DNA of 40,000 nt from Serratia sp. H1w. GTDB taxonomy: Bacteria > Pseudomonadota > Gammaproteobacteria > Enterobacterales > Enterobacteriaceae. The stretch spans positions 148,658 to 188,657 of the forward strand of contig NZ_AYMQ01000056.1 of assembly GCF_000633355.1 (NCBI RefSeq), written 5' to 3'. Within the stretch, counting starts at the first letter, position 1; each line of letters opens with the position of its first letter. Under the pieces are notes generated by a model. The model saw only the letters and a list, made by a program, of their open reading frames with translations, ran no database searches and was not told the DNA's origin. This document shows positions 1 through 9,710 of the stretch, in pieces. A program made the translations under genes and the position numbers.

Positions 1-760
1 ACAGCTGATCCAGAGCCTGTTGGCCTTCTGGCTTCAGAGTTGCTTTGTTGAAAGCAAACAGAACGTCAGAAGTCAGAGTGAACTTCTTGGTTTCAACAAC
101 TGGAGCTGGAGCCGGAGCTGGAGCGATTACTGGAGCCGCTTCTTCCTGGCCAAAGCGGTAGGAAACACCTACGCTCAGCATGCCGTTGTCTGGACGAGCA
201 CCAACGGTACCTGCGTCACCGATGTTGTTAACCCACTGGTAGTCCAGGCGGGTAGCCCAGTCACGAGTCAGTGCGTATTCAACACCCACTGCTGCCAATG
301 GAGAAACGCCAGTGTCGTGGTTGCTCAGACGCTGATCGGTTGCACCGTAATGAGCGCTAGAGTCTGCACGCCAAACCATACCACCCAGACGGGTGTAGAT
401 GTCCAGATCGTCCATAATTGGGTAGCTCAGTTTAGCTGCCAATTGAACGCCCTGCGCTTTGAAAGCACCGTTGTTTACGCTGCCTTTGTAAGGCATACGA
501 CCAAGCCAGTCGTAACCCATTTCAAAGCCCAGGTATTGGTTAGCTTGGTAACCCAGGAACGCACCAGCACCGAGCTGGCTGTCATGAGTAGGACCATTGC
601 CGATACCGTGTTCGTAACCATTACCGTAGAAACCGGTGTCATGATACTGGGACCAACCCAGTTTAGCACCAGTGTACCAAGTGTCGTCTTTTGGTGCGGC
701 TTGCGCTACTGTAGCGAAACCAACCAGTGCCACTGCTAATGCGATAGCTGTCTTTTTCAT
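1..760 (-). CDS. ompA: Outer membrane protein A (N-terminal ~253 codons; 3' end of gene lies outside the window)
   Basis: The reverse frame from ATG 760..758 reads [44 protein letters not shown]...[49 protein letters not shown]. Signal peptide, beta-barrel motifs and AP-repeat hinge are typical of OmpA. It is absent from the ORF track because no stop lies in the window. The listed + ORF 20..739 is its antisense shadow. Confidence 0.95.
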   Translation of the reverse strand, partial: MKKTAIALAVALVGFATVAQAAPKDDTWYTGAKLGWSQYHDTGFYGNGYEHGIGNGPTHDSQLGAGAFLGYQANQYLGFEMGYDWLGRMPYKGSVNNGAFKAQGVQLAAKLSYPIMDDLDIYTRLGGMVWRADSSAHYGATDQRLSNHDTGVSPLAAVGVEYALTRDWATRLDYQWVNNIGDAGTVGARPDNGMLSVGVSYRFGQEEAAPVIAPAPAPAPVVETKKFTLTSDVLFAFNKATLKPEGQQALDQL

Positions 761-896
761 TTTGCGCCTCGTTATCATCCAAATAGGCAATGAGCTTTAA
801 AGCTGCTTTAAGCCCTTGGTTTAAATTCCTTCGCCAAGGTTTGAGCCCTCGTTTGTTACTCTGCCAGTTTTTCTGGCGTTATAGAGCAACCTTGGC
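761..896 (-). promoter_or_regulatory. ompA long 5' untranslated leader (stabilising 5' stem-loop and sRNA/Hfq target region)
   Basis: The RNA would start GCCAAGGUU (896..888), which pairs perfectly with AACCUUGGC (841..833). An inner hairpin GCCAG-AAAAA-CUGGC lies between them. The 3' end UGGAUGAUAACGAGGCGCAAA-AUG matches the E. coli ompA leader as I remember it (133 nt there, about 136 nt here). Confidence 0.6.
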
Positions 897-903
897 GATG
901 TAA

Positions 904-931
904 AGTCTACAACGTGGCGCGAAAGTTACAA
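904..931 (-). promoter_or_regulatory. Candidate sigma70 promoter of ompA
   Basis: The minus strand reads TTGTAA (931..926) - 16 nt - TAGACT (909..904), followed 7 nt later by the GCCAAGG leader start. The TAGACTTTACATCGCCA context resembles the E. coli ompA promoter from memory. Confidence 0.5.
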
Positions 932-1119
932 GTGTGATGTGATAAAGCTCTAAAAAAAAACATGGAATTAGACATATCCTCTAACATATCGCAGCAGTAA
1001 ATGGCGTATTTTTTAACCTGAGATATGGCGGCGAGCCGCGTCAAACCTAGCTTTCTGCCTGATCCCTCTGGTGTTGTTGACCCAGAGAAGAAAATTGATG
1101 GGAAAACTCCTAAATTTAC

Positions 1120-1626
1120 TTAATGATACAAAGAAGAGTGAATTTTTAGGGTGGAACAGTGTCTGCCGGCTGCCACGATGTCACGTTGCGGTCGCATAAT
1201 GAACCCGTAGGCATTGCCCAATTCGGCCGCTCGGCTTAGCCGTAAACGATCCTCTTGCGTCAATTCTGGTAACCAGCCTAGCACTACACTGTAATTTCCA
1301 GTCAATAACGCCTTCTCCATGGCGTCTACGGTAGCCAACGGGCTGATCTGATTAAGCTGCACGACCTTATCGACCGGTAAGCTGGCCTGTTGCAGCCAGG
1401 CTTTGCTCAATTTTTGCTGTGGGGTCAACCACAATAACCAGCGTGACTGCCTGCCCAACTGCTGCAGTAGCGGCACCAATAGCTGGACTACGGCGGGTTG
1501 CCGCTCATTGTATACCAGCTCACTGATCAGGCCGTTTTCGTTGCCCTCTGGCGCAGAGATCGCCGTTTGGTCCGTTGGCAATGAGGATTGGCTAAACTGA
1601 GGTTGATAAAGTGATTGAGTACGCAT
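1120..1626 (-). CDS. sulA: SOS cell-division inhibitor SulA
   Basis: [10 protein letters not shown]...[51 protein letters not shown]...[21 protein letters not shown] is colinear with E. coli SulA (169 codons). The start is moved from the ORF-track 1674 to ATG 1626, because the LexA box would otherwise lie inside the CDS. Confidence 0.93.
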   Translation of the reverse strand: MRTQSLYQPQFSQSSLPTDQTAISAPEGNENGLISELVYNERQPAVVQLLVPLLQQLGRQSRWLLWLTPQQKLSKAWLQQASLPVDKVVQLNQISPLATVDAMEKALLTGNYSVVLGWLPELTQEDRLRLSRAAELGNAYGFIMRPQRDIVAAGRHCSTLKIHSSLYH

Positions 1627-1647
1627 GTCGTCTCCCGCCCGTAGTGT

Positions 1648-1667
1648 TACTGTATGTATATACAGTA
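1648..1667. promoter_or_regulatory. LexA (SOS) box upstream of sulA
   Basis: TACTGTATGTATATACAGTA is a perfect CTGT-N8-ACAG palindrome matching the consensus TACTGTATATATATACAGTA. It lies about 20 nt upstream of the sulA ATG. Confidence 0.9.
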
Positions 1668-1857
1668 TAGCCATCGAAACAGAAGATCAACCCAAATTTT
1701 CGTAACGCTTCGCATAATTGAGATTAATTTTTGTACGTCTTGAATTTATCATTGGCAGGGCTGGGGATAATGCGTATTTTTCATAATTAGTTGTTCCGGT
1801 TACGTTTATTCCAACTACAAACTGCCCGCTGGCGGTGGCTTATATAAGGAGATGTCA

Positions 1858-2514
1858 ATGAATGGAGGATCGATAAGGCGGATCGAGCAAGCAAAGGCCT
1901 GTTTTGCTGCTCTGGGAAATATTGCCATACGTTCGCAGTTTGGGGGTTACGGTTTGCTGGCAGACGGCACCATGTTCGCCGTCGTTGCCGAAGGTGAACT
2001 GTATTTACGCGCAACAGAAAGTCTGGAACCCACATTCCGCGAGCGTGGCATGGTGAATATGACCTATTTAAAACGGGGGGTTCCCATGGTCATGCGCTAT
2101 TACTGGGTGAATGATGGGTTGTGGCGGCGGCGTCGCGAGCTGTTTGCACTTGCCTGGCAGGCGCTATCTGAAACGCGCAAAGAGCTGATGGTGAAAAAAC
2201 GCTGCAATGGCAGATTGAAAGATTTACCGAACATCGACGCCACGTTAGAGCGGCAACTGTGGCGAGCGGGTATCTGTAATAGTTATGATTTTCGCCTGCT
2301 GGGAGCCAGAGATAGCTATCTTCAACTGCTGCAACAGCAAAAAAATCTGGGCCTGAAAGTGTTGATGTCTCTGGCTGGTGCCATGGCGGGTTACCACCAT
2401 GCTGCGTTGCCCAACTTACAGAGGGAGGCGTTGATCGAATGGTTCGAAAAAATCGCGCTCCCTCCCTGCTTTGAGGTGCGGCCAGAAGGCCGCGCCTGTA
2501 GCCCACATCCTTGA
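1858..2514 (+). CDS. sxy: Competence regulator Sxy/TfoX
   Basis: FGGYGLLADGTMFAVVAEGELYLRA...RLKDLPNIDATLERQLWRAGI...GAMAGYHHAALP is colinear with E. coli Sxy (YccR) and occupies the conserved position between sulA and yccS. ATG 1858 is preferred because AAGGAG lies 6 nt upstream. ATG 1852 directly abuts that SD sequence. Confidence 0.88.
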   Translation: MNGGSIRRIEQAKACFAALGNIAIRSQFGGYGLLADGTMFAVVAEGELYLRATESLEPTFRERGMVNMTYLKRGVPMVMRYYWVNDGLWRRRRELFALAWQALSETRKELMVKKRCNGRLKDLPNIDATLERQLWRAGICNSYDFRLLGARDSYLQLLQQQKNLGLKVLMSLAGAMAGYHHAALPNLQREALIEWFEKIALPPCFEVRPEGRACSPHP

Positions 2515-2518
2515 ACCA

Positions 2519-4654
2519 TCAGCCTGCTTTGGCAATTTGCGTATTCAGTGCCGTCAGCTCTGGCAGCAATTCGAGCACCAGACCAATTTGCTGCAACACC
2601 AGCTGTTCTTTACTTTCCGGCTCCGGAACCAGCGCAGTGATTCGCTCGGAGAGGGCTCCCAGTGCTTGCGTGATACGCTGATGATCGTCAGCTTCGTGAT
2701 GTAATGCGCCGTCAACATAGCAAACTGCATCGTTGAGCAAGTCCAGCACGGCGGCATTTTCCAGACGCTCACGGTGGGCACCAAGGGCGGAAATGTAGCT
2801 CAGCAAAGTATGGTTGAGACACAGCAGGCGGAAGGCCGCTTCCTGAATGATTTTGTCGGCCTTGGGGTCGGCAGACATGTTGGAGATCACCGACGCCAGC
2901 TCAGCATCGCTATTATGGGCATCGCGGCGGGCAATACGGTACGGCAGGCCGTTATCCTTGCCCTGATGGTACTGCACCAGAATGGCATCCAGGTAGCGGC
3001 AGTCGGCATTCAGCGTCTTACGCACCATGGCCGGTAACTGGCGGAACTTCCAGTCTGGCCAGATAAAGCTCACCGCAGCCCAGGCGATGGCACAACCCAG
3101 CAGGGTATCGTAGACGCGCGGTGCAGCCACTTCGAACCCTTCACCCAGCAGGTTAAAGCAGAGCAGGACCAGCAGAGTGATAAACATCGTCGCGTGAGCA
3201 TATTGCACGGTACGGAAGGCGAAGAACAATACGCCAGAGATCACGATCAGGATGAGCTGCCCTTCCATCGAGGGGACAAAGTACAGGATCGGCAGGCCGA
3301 CCAGAATGCCCGCCAGAGTGCCGATAATACGTAACGCCAGCCGTCTGCGGGTGGCGTTGTAATTGGGCTGGCAGACAAACAGGCTGGTCAGCAGGATCCA
3401 GTAACCGTGTTGCATCCCGGTCAGTTGGATAAACGCATAGCCCACGCACAACACCACTGACATACGGATGGCGTGGCGGAATAGGGCGGATTGCGGCGTC
3501 AGGTGGCGGCTGATGCGCAGCCGTATATCGCTCCAGCCGGTGAGCCGGTCATCTGCCAGGCTATTTTCCTCGGTCTGGCCACTTGCCAAGGACTGCTCGG
3601 ACTCGATATTGGCCAATTGGGCATCAATAGCCCGTAAATTTTTCAGCAGATGGGTGAGCGCTCTGGTCAGTTCGCGATTTTCCGGAGTCACGGCAACATG
3701 GGTCAGCGCCTCCTCCAGCCGCGAAAATGCGGGCTCAAAACGTGGGCTATGCAGGTATTTCTGCCGCAGTAGTATCGACTGTGCCAGTTGCTGGCAGGCG
3801 CGAGCCTGCTTGGCCAGCAACCGCTGGAAGCGGAACAGAATATCGCTGTGGCGAAACTGTTGGCTTAACGCCTGATACTGGACGTGAGAAGAACTGGCGC
3901 GTTCATGGATATCCTGCGCAACAAAATAGTAATGTAGCGTCCTGCGGGTGCCGCGCTGGCCCCGATCGCCTTTCAGGCGGGTCAGCAGTGAAGCCTTGGT
4001 CAGGTTAAGCGTGCTGACCAGCGTACTGTTGGCCATCGCCACGTCCACCCAGGGCAGATCGGCGTCCGTTTCAGCATCTGGATCGAACAGGTTGGCCTTG
4101 GCATCCAGGTAATTGGCCAACTGTTCATAACAACGGGCCAGGTTCTCCTGCAGGGGTTTGATAGGGAACACTAGGTGGCCGATCAGCGTCAGCAGGTTAT
4201 ACCAGACGGCACCGATAATCAGCAGTGTAGGCTGCTGGTACCAGGCGTCGTACATGGATGTGCCAAGCATAGTGTAAACGGCGATCAGCAAGGCACCGAA
4301 AGCGATGGTGGCGTAACGCTGGCCTAAGGCCCCCAGCAGGATAAAGCCGCAGGTTGAGGTGGTCAGCCCAAGAGCAAACAGCCAGGGGTAAGGAAACAGC
4401 AGTTCAATAGATGCCGAGGCAACAAAGAAACACACCAGCGTAATGACCAGGTTACGCAATCTTCCCGCTAGCCGGTCATCCAGATCCGTCAGCGCGGCAG
4501 CAACAACACCCAGCGTTAATGGAATGGTCAGTTTAGGGACACCCAACCACCACGGCACCGCGGTGGCTCCGGCCAAAGCGATAAAAATACGCTGGTTATA
4601 AAGCAGGTTACTGTTATAGGTATAACGCCGAATTTTGGGTGCAAAAGAGAGCAC
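2519..4654 (-). CDS. yccS: Inner membrane protein YccS (FUSC/ArAE-type family)
   Basis: This is a 711-aa multi-pass membrane protein. LTIPLTLGVVAAALTDLDDRLAGRLRNL, GDRGQRGTRRTLHYYFVAQDIHERASSSH and LTSLFVCQPNYNATRRRL match E. coli YccS along the whole length. Confidence 0.93.
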   Translation of the reverse strand: MLSFAPKIRRYTYNSNLLYNQRIFIALAGATAVPWWLGVPKLTIPLTLGVVAAALTDLDDRLAGRLRNLVITLVCFFVASASIELLFPYPWLFALGLTTSTCGFILLGALGQRYATIAFGALLIAVYTMLGTSMYDAWYQQPTLLIIGAVWYNLLTLIGHLVFPIKPLQENLARCYEQLANYLDAKANLFDPDAETDADLPWVDVAMANSTLVSTLNLTKASLLTRLKGDRGQRGTRRTLHYYFVAQDIHERASSSHVQYQALSQQFRHSDILFRFQRLLAKQARACQQLAQSILLRQKYLHSPRFEPAFSRLEEALTHVAVTPENRELTRALTHLLKNLRAIDAQLANIESEQSLASGQTEENSLADDRLTGWSDIRLRISRHLTPQSALFRHAIRMSVVLCVGYAFIQLTGMQHGYWILLTSLFVCQPNYNATRRRLALRIIGTLAGILVGLPILYFVPSMEGQLILIVISGVLFFAFRTVQYAHATMFITLLVLLCFNLLGEGFEVAAPRVYDTLLGCAIAWAAVSFIWPDWKFRQLPAMVRKTLNADCRYLDAILVQYHQGKDNGLPYRIARRDAHNSDAELASVISNMSADPKADKIIQEAAFRLLCLNHTLLSYISALGAHRERLENAAVLDLLNDAVCYVDGALHHEADDHQRITQALGALSERITALVPEPESKEQLVLQQIGLVLELLPELTALNTQIAKAG

Positions 4655-4686
4655 AACAAGCTCCTGAACGGGAGAAAAAATAAATA

Positions 4687-5142
4687 CTAGCGAGAACGGC
4701 GCCTGGCGTTCTCGATCCGCGCCTGCTGTGCCACTTCAACGGAAACGACGCGGCGGCCAACCGGCCACAGGGCGATCGCGGCGATCTTGAAATTGGCGAT
4801 GCCGACTGGAATGCCAATAATGGTGATGCACTGCGCGATACCCGCAAAGATATGTGACAGACACAGCCACCAGCCGAACAGCACCAGCCAGACGATATTC
4901 AGCAAAGAGCCGCCGGTAGCCAGCAGGACATTGCTTTTTTCTGGGTATAGTTCATCGACAGAGATCGCTTCGTTGCCAAATGGCAACAAGGAAAGCTTGG
5001 TAATTTCCCAGCAGGACCGGGTCAGTGGCAGGGTGAAGATCAGCACGACGCTGAAGAAGGTGGCAATCAGCCAGCCGAGAGTGGTGAAAAAACCACCCAA
5101 CACAAAATTAAGAACGTTCAATACAGTACGCATAGTCGTCAT
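4687..5142 (-). CDS. yccF: Inner membrane protein YccF
   Basis: MRTVLNVLNFVLGGF...FTLPLTRSCWEITKLSL...GIAQCITIIGIPVGIANFKIAAIALWPVGRRVVSVE matches E. coli YccF. The alternative start ATG 5133 would give the K-12-like MRTVLN N-terminus. Confidence 0.9.
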   Translation of the reverse strand: MTTMRTVLNVLNFVLGGFFTTLGWLIATFFSVVLIFTLPLTRSCWEITKLSLLPFGNEAISVDELYPEKSNVLLATGGSLLNIVWLVLFGWWLCLSHIFAGIAQCITIIGIPVGIANFKIAAIALWPVGRRVVSVEVAQQARIENARRRSR

Positions 5143-5290
5143 TCTGCTCTAATGATGGCCAAACGGCACAGGGAAGGTATTCATCAGCATAACGCAAAAA
5201 CTATTCTACCCTTTTGTTAACGCTAGAGTGCCATTGCTTAACGCGGGTAAACTGGTGACATCGTTTTCATTATGATTATGGCGTGGGCAT

Positions 5291-7345
5291 ATGGAACTTA
5301 AAGCGACATCGCTGGGCAAACACCTGGCACAGCATCCCTACAACCGCGTACGGTTGTTGCATGCCGGCGTTGAGGTGAGCGGCGAGAAGCATGAATACCT
5401 TATTCCTTTCAACCAGTTGATCCAGGTACGTTGTAAACGAGGGATCGTCTGGGGGGAACTCGAGTTCGAATTGCCGGATGAGAAGGTCGTCCGCCTGCAC
5501 GGCACCGAATGGCAAGAGACGCAGCGCTTCTACCACTATTTGCAACAGTCCTGGCAGCAGTGGAGCAGCGAGATGAGTGAAGTGAGCGCGGAGGTGTTGC
5601 AACAGCAGGTCGATCATATCCAGCAAATCGAGCAGCAGGACAAGTGGTTCAAGCGTGGCGAATTGAGCAACTTGCAACAGCAGATCCGCCAGTCGTTTGG
5701 CGCGTTGCCAATGCCGGTGGCTCGGCTTGAGGAGTTTGAAAACTGCCGTGAAAGCTATCACTTATGCCTGCAATGGCTCAAATCTGGCCAGCGCAGCGTG
5801 GCGCAACGCAATCAACGCTGGTGCGACCGCATGTTGGAAATGCATCAGGACTTCTTCCAGACGGTCGAAACCTCACCGCTGAATGAATCGCAAAGCCGGG
5901 CGGTGGTTAATGGTGAAGATGCTGTGCTGGTGCTCGCGGGGGCGGGCAGTGGCAAAACCTCGGTGCTGGTGGCGCGGGCGGGCTGGTTACTGTTGCGCCA
6001 AGAGGCGGAACCGGAGCAGATCCTGTTACTGGCATTTGGGCGCAAAGCCGCCGAAGAGATGAATGAACGCATTCAGGAGCGTTTGGGCAGCGTGGCGATC
6101 CAGGCAAAAACGTTCCATGCGCTGGCGTTGCAGATTATCCAGCAGGGTAGTCGCAAAGCGCCGACCATCAGCAAGCTGGAAAGCGACAGCAAAGCGCGCC
6201 GGGCGTTGCTGATCACTCACTGGCAACAGCAGTGTAGCGAGAAGAAAGCGCAGGCCAAAGGTTGGCGGCAATGGCTGACGGAAGAGCTGGAATGGGAACT
6301 GCCCGAGGGCGACTTCTGGCATGACAAACGACTAGCAGAGCGCCTGAGCGGGCGTCTGGAACGCTGGCTCGGCCTGATGCGCACCCACGGCGGCAGCCAG
6401 GCAGAAATGATTGAGCAGGCCGATGAAGAGATCCGCGACCTGTTCAGCAAACGCATTCGGCTGATGGCTCCGTTGCTGAAAGCGTGGAAAACTGCGCTGA
6501 AGGATGAAGGGGCGGTCGATTTTGCCGGGTTGATCCATCAAGCCGTCAATCTGCTGGAAAAAGGGCGTTTTATCAGCCCGTGGAAGCATATTCTGGTGGA
6601 TGAATTCCAGGATATCTCACCACAGCGGGCGCAACTGTTGGCGGCACTGCGTAAGCAAAACAAGCAGACCAGCCTGTTTGCCGTCGGTGATGATTGGCAG
6701 GCGATTTACCGTTTCAGCGGGGCGGAACTGTCGCTGACCACCGCTTTTGCCGAGAATTTTGGCGCAGGCGATCAGTGTGCCTTGGATACTACCTACCGCT
6801 TTAACGATCGAATCGGTGAAGTGGCTAACGGGTTTATACAGCAGAACCCACACCAGTTGAAAAAGCCGCTCAACAGCCTGACCAAGGGCAACAAGAAATC
6901 GGTGGTGATCCTGCCGCAGGAGCAGTTGGAAGCATTACTGGACAAGCTGAGTGGTTATGCAAAGCCGCAAGAACGTATCCTGGTGTTGGCGCGTTACCAT
7001 CACCTCAAGCCGGAGGTGCTGCAGAAGGCGGCGACGCGTTGGCCGAAGCTGAATATCGAGTTTATGACGATCCATGCCAGCAAAGGTCAACAGGCAGACT
7101 ACGTGATTATTGCCGGGCTATATGAGGGCAAGGATGGATTCCCGGCGGTAGTGCGTGAATCCGTATTGGAAGAGGTGCTGTTGCCTCAGCCGGAAGATTT
7201 CCCTGATGCGGAAGAGCGGCGCTTGCTCTACGTTGCCCTCACGCGGGCCAGGCATCAGGTTTGGTTATTGCAGGATCGCGAACGCCCATCGATATTTATC
7301 GAGCAGTTGCAGGATATTGGCGTGCCGTCGCAGAGAAAGCCGTAA
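5291..7345 (+). CDS. helD: DNA helicase IV
   Basis: The 684-aa protein starts MELKATSLGKHLAQHPY. It carries the UvrD-type motifs VLAGAGSGKTSVLVARAGWLL, ILVDEFQDISPQRA, FAVGDDWQAIYRFSGA, MTIHASKGQQADYVII and LLYVALTRAR, and is colinear with E. coli HelD. Confidence 0.96.
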   Translation: MELKATSLGKHLAQHPYNRVRLLHAGVEVSGEKHEYLIPFNQLIQVRCKRGIVWGELEFELPDEKVVRLHGTEWQETQRFYHYLQQSWQQWSSEMSEVSAEVLQQQVDHIQQIEQQDKWFKRGELSNLQQQIRQSFGALPMPVARLEEFENCRESYHLCLQWLKSGQRSVAQRNQRWCDRMLEMHQDFFQTVETSPLNESQSRAVVNGEDAVLVLAGAGSGKTSVLVARAGWLLLRQEAEPEQILLLAFGRKAAEEMNERIQERLGSVAIQAKTFHALALQIIQQGSRKAPTISKLESDSKARRALLITHWQQQCSEKKAQAKGWRQWLTEELEWELPEGDFWHDKRLAERLSGRLERWLGLMRTHGGSQAEMIEQADEEIRDLFSKRIRLMAPLLKAWKTALKDEGAVDFAGLIHQAVNLLEKGRFISPWKHILVDEFQDISPQRAQLLAALRKQNKQTSLFAVGDDWQAIYRFSGAELSLTTAFAENFGAGDQCALDTTYRFNDRIGEVANGFIQQNPHQLKKPLNSLTKGNKKSVVILPQEQLEALLDKLSGYAKPQERILVLARYHHLKPEVLQKAATRWPKLNIEFMTIHASKGQQADYVIIAGLYEGKDGFPAVVRESVLEEVLLPQPEDFPDAEERRLLYVALTRARHQVWLLQDRERPSIFIEQLQDIGVPSQRKP

Positions 7346-7350
7346 ACCAC

Positions 7351-7373
7351 AGGCCTGGCACTACGCCAGGCCT
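7351..7373. terminator. Hairpin between convergent helD and mgsA
   Basis: AGGCCTGGC-ACTAC-GCCAGGCCT forms a 9-bp perfect GC-rich stem between the two stop codons. There is no clear U-tract, so this is scored as a probable bidirectional terminator or stabiliser. Confidence 0.5.
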
Positions 7374-7379
7374 TGGGCA

Positions 7380-7838
7380 TTACTTCAGACGTTCGGCGAG
7401 ATACTTTTCGTAATCAGGGATGGTGATCACCACTTCACTCTTGAACAGCGAGGAGTCGATCAGGAAATCGGCGGTGGAGCGGTTGGTCGCCACCGGGATG
7501 TTCCAGACCGTTGCCAGGCGCAGCAAGGCTTTGACATCGGGATCGTGGGGTACGGCGTTGAGCGGATCCCAGAAGAAAATCAGCATATCAATCTTGCCTT
7601 CGGATATCAGTGCACCCACTTGCTGATCGCCGCCCATCGGGCCACTCAGCATGCTTTGTACCGGAATACCGCTGGCGCGTTGGATCAAATTGCCGGTGGT
7701 ACCGGTGGCATAGAGCTGATGTTGGGCAAGGACTTGTTTATTGTCTTCAACCCATTTCAGCAACGCTTGCTTGCGGTGGTCGTGGGCAACGAGCGCAATA
7801 TGTTTGCGCGCTGCGATTGTACGTGTGGTTTGTTCCAT
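7380..7838 (-). CDS. mgsA: Methylglyoxal synthase
   Basis: [31 protein letters not shown]...LYATGTTG...[27 protein letters not shown] matches MgsA at 152 aa. The start is set at ATG 7838. The ORF-track start 7895 adds a 19-aa extension with no homology. Confidence 0.95.
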   Translation of the reverse strand: MEQTTRTIAARKHIALVAHDHRKQALLKWVEDNKQVLAQHQLYATGTTGNLIQRASGIPVQSMLSGPMGGDQQVGALISEGKIDMLIFFWDPLNAVPHDPDVKALLRLATVWNIPVATNRSTADFLIDSSLFKSEVVITIPDYEKYLAERLK

Positions 7839-7922
7839 GTCGCTATCCTTGGAAAATCGAATGATTCGCCACAGATTACTGAAACTGAATTTCACTGCCT
7901 AGTGCTAACGCAGGGAAATGCG

Positions 7923-7954
7923 AACAAAACACGCCTTTACGGGATAAAGGCGTG
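7923..7954 (-). terminator. Rho-independent terminator of yccT
   Basis: The minus strand reads CACGCCTTTA-TCCCG-TAAAGGCGTG followed by TTTTGTT, 12 nt after the yccT stop. Confidence 0.8.
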
Positions 7955-7965
7955 ATTGGCAGCAT

Positions 7966-8625
7966 TTATGGGTGGTGCTGAAGGTTGGCCCAGGCGACAA
8001 AACGTTTTTGCGTATCTGCATCGGCACGCAGGAACCAGTATTGCAGCATCTCCTCGGCAACGTTGTCACCGATCAGGGGAGTAACCGCAGGGTTGCCCGG
8101 TGTCGCGGCGATCACACTGGCGCGCAGATGGGCTAACGCTGGAACGGAAGCCTGGCGATTTTGCGCATTATAGTCGGCGACGATCTTTTCCAGGTCATTA
8201 TCATTGGCCGCGGTTTTTAGCGGTAAAACATCATGCCTGGTCGCCAACGGCTTGCCGTGGTTACCCAGAATGCGATAGCTCGGCGTTTTATCAAAGCGCT
8301 GGGCATCTTGTTCACTCTCAATACGCGGTAACTCAATAGTGACGGCGCTGACGTTTTGGCTGTTGAACACCACAATCTGTGCGGGTGAAGTGTAGAGCAC
8401 CTGAGAGCGTGGTTCTTTACGTACGGACTTGGTGACTTTGAACAACAACTGATGCTGCCCGTCATTCAATTCCAGGCTATCGGCCCCTTTTAACAACGAG
8501 CCCGTCATTTGCTTACCGTCGACCACCATCAGCTCGATGTCCGGGGAAAGCTTCAGGGTCGTAGCTGCGGCCGAAACGCTCAGCGATATTCCAAGCAGCC
8601 CCGCAACCACCAGACCAAATTTCAT
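7966..8625 (-). CDS. yccT: Periplasmic DUF2057-family protein YccT
   Basis: The MKFGLVVAGLLGISLSVSAAA signal peptide is followed by TLKLSPDIELMVVDGK..., and the gene sits in the conserved position between mgsA and yccU. The start is set at ATG 8625, the signal-peptide start. The ORF-track start 8721 adds 32 aa. Confidence 0.85.
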   Translation of the reverse strand: MKFGLVVAGLLGISLSVSAAATTLKLSPDIELMVVDGKQMTGSLLKGADSLELNDGQHQLLFKVTKSVRKEPRSQVLYTSPAQIVVFNSQNVSAVTIELPRIESEQDAQRFDKTPSYRILGNHGKPLATRHDVLPLKTAANDNDLEKIVADYNAQNRQASVPALAHLRASVIAATPGNPAVTPLIGDNVAEEMLQYWFLRADADTQKRFVAWANLQHHP

Positions 8626-8865
8626 GTTACTTCCTTTTCGTGGAACAGGATGACTAGTGTTGGATACGCCACTAGTTATGTCAAATCTTTTCAGAATGCC
8701 GTTTAATTTACATTTATACACATTTAGACGGCATTTGAAATGTCAGTGTGGCTAAAACCCACTGGCGAAAAGTATAGCCGCTGGCTGACAACAAATTTTA
8801 ACCGATATTGGCGTTTCAGTTACACTGGTGAAAGGGCATTTCCGGCAAAATATCAGGAGCGAAGA

Positions 8866-9279
8866 ATGCAAGACCAAGCAATGGCAGAAGTATTGAAACA
8901 GGTCAAAACCATCGCGCTGGTGGGCGCCAGTGAAAAAGCGAACCGGCCAAGCTATGGCGTGATGGCTTATCTATTGGCGCAGGGCTATCAGGTGACTCCG
9001 GTCAGCCCGAAGCTGGCTGGGCAGACACTGCTTGGGCAGGTGGTTTATGCCAAACTGGCGGATATTCCTCATGCTGTCGATATGGTGGATGTATTCCGTA
9101 ACGCCGAGGCGGCTTACGAGGTGGCGCAGGAGGCCATTGCGATAGGTGCCAAGGTGCTATGGCTACAAATCGGGGTGATCAACGAACCGGCGGAGGCATT
9201 AGCCAAACAGGCAGGGTTAACGGTAGTGATGGATCGCTGTCCGAAGATTGAGATCCCGCGCCTGGGGTTGGAACGCTGA
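8866..9279 (+). CDS. yccU: CoA-binding domain protein YccU
   Basis: [49 protein letters not shown]...VDVFRN matches the YccU CoA-binding fold at 137 aa. ATG 8866 is preceded by AGGAG (8855..8859). Confidence 0.9.
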   Translation: MQDQAMAEVLKQVKTIALVGASEKANRPSYGVMAYLLAQGYQVTPVSPKLAGQTLLGQVVYAKLADIPHAVDMVDVFRNAEAAYEVAQEAIAIGAKVLWLQIGVINEPAEALAKQAGLTVVMDRCPKIEIPRLGLER

Positions 9280-9286
9280 AAAAGAA

Positions 9287-9311
9287 AACGCCGAGGATCA
9301 TCCCCGGCGTT
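9287..9311. terminator. Bidirectional terminator between yccU and hspQ
   Basis: AACGCCGAGG-ATCAT-CCCCGGCGTT pairs at 9 of 10 positions. It is flanked by an A-run (9279..9288) on one side and TTGGTTTCT on the other, and lies between convergent stop codons. Confidence 0.7.
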
Positions 9312-9331
9312 GGTTTCTCAGTCTTTGGCGT

Positions 9332-9649
9332 TTAGTTACGCAAGCGGGGGGCCTGTAACTGGCGGCGAATAGATTCCGCCAGCTCATCCAGCGAAGGTTG
9401 CTCAGGATGTGCATCCTGTGCTTCACCTGCTAATTGGGCCTCGGCCAGATAGGTGTGAACCGGCTGGCCTTCATCGTCTTCCATCACCACGTGATACCAA
9501 GGGGCGAGACGCAACTCGTCGTTGGCGGCGATTTCATCTGCCTTTGGATGTTCCAGAGAGTATTCAGGATCGATATCAATCACCACTCCCAAATACCCCA
9601 GCAGCCGGTGACGAACCTGCTGACCGATACCGAATTTGCTGGCTATCAT
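9332..9649 (-). CDS. hspQ: Heat-shock protein HspQ (hemimethylated-DNA-binding YccV family)
   Basis: [32 protein letters not shown]...[24 protein letters not shown] gives 105 aa, as in E. coli HspQ. The start is set at ATG 9649. Confidence 0.93.
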   Translation of the reverse strand: MIASKFGIGQQVRHRLLGYLGVVIDIDPEYSLEHPKADEIAANDELRLAPWYHVVMEDDEGQPVHTYLAEAQLAGEAQDAHPEQPSLDELAESIRRQLQAPRLRN

Positions 9650-9710
9650 ATGACCTCCTGAGAAACAGTGCATTGAACTCTATATGAGGACAAAAACAGC
9701 GCATTTCAAG

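Noticed and set aside
20-739. 239-aa + strand ORF at the window start
   Set aside because: It lies exactly antisense to the ompA reading frame, whose translation is unmistakably OmpA. It has no start context and a low-complexity translation, so it is a shadow ORF.
1696-1717. Possible CRP-S site (TTCGT-N6-TCGCA) upstream of sxy
   Set aside because: Only the right half matches TGCGA-N6-TCGCA, and the left half matches at 3 of 5 positions. This is too weak to call without a PWM scan or comparative data.
7155-7955. 266-aa + strand ORF spanning the helD 3' end and all of mgsA
   Set aside because: It is out of frame with helD and antisense to mgsA, both of which have strong homology. It crosses the inter-gene hairpin and is an artefact of GC-rich sequence.
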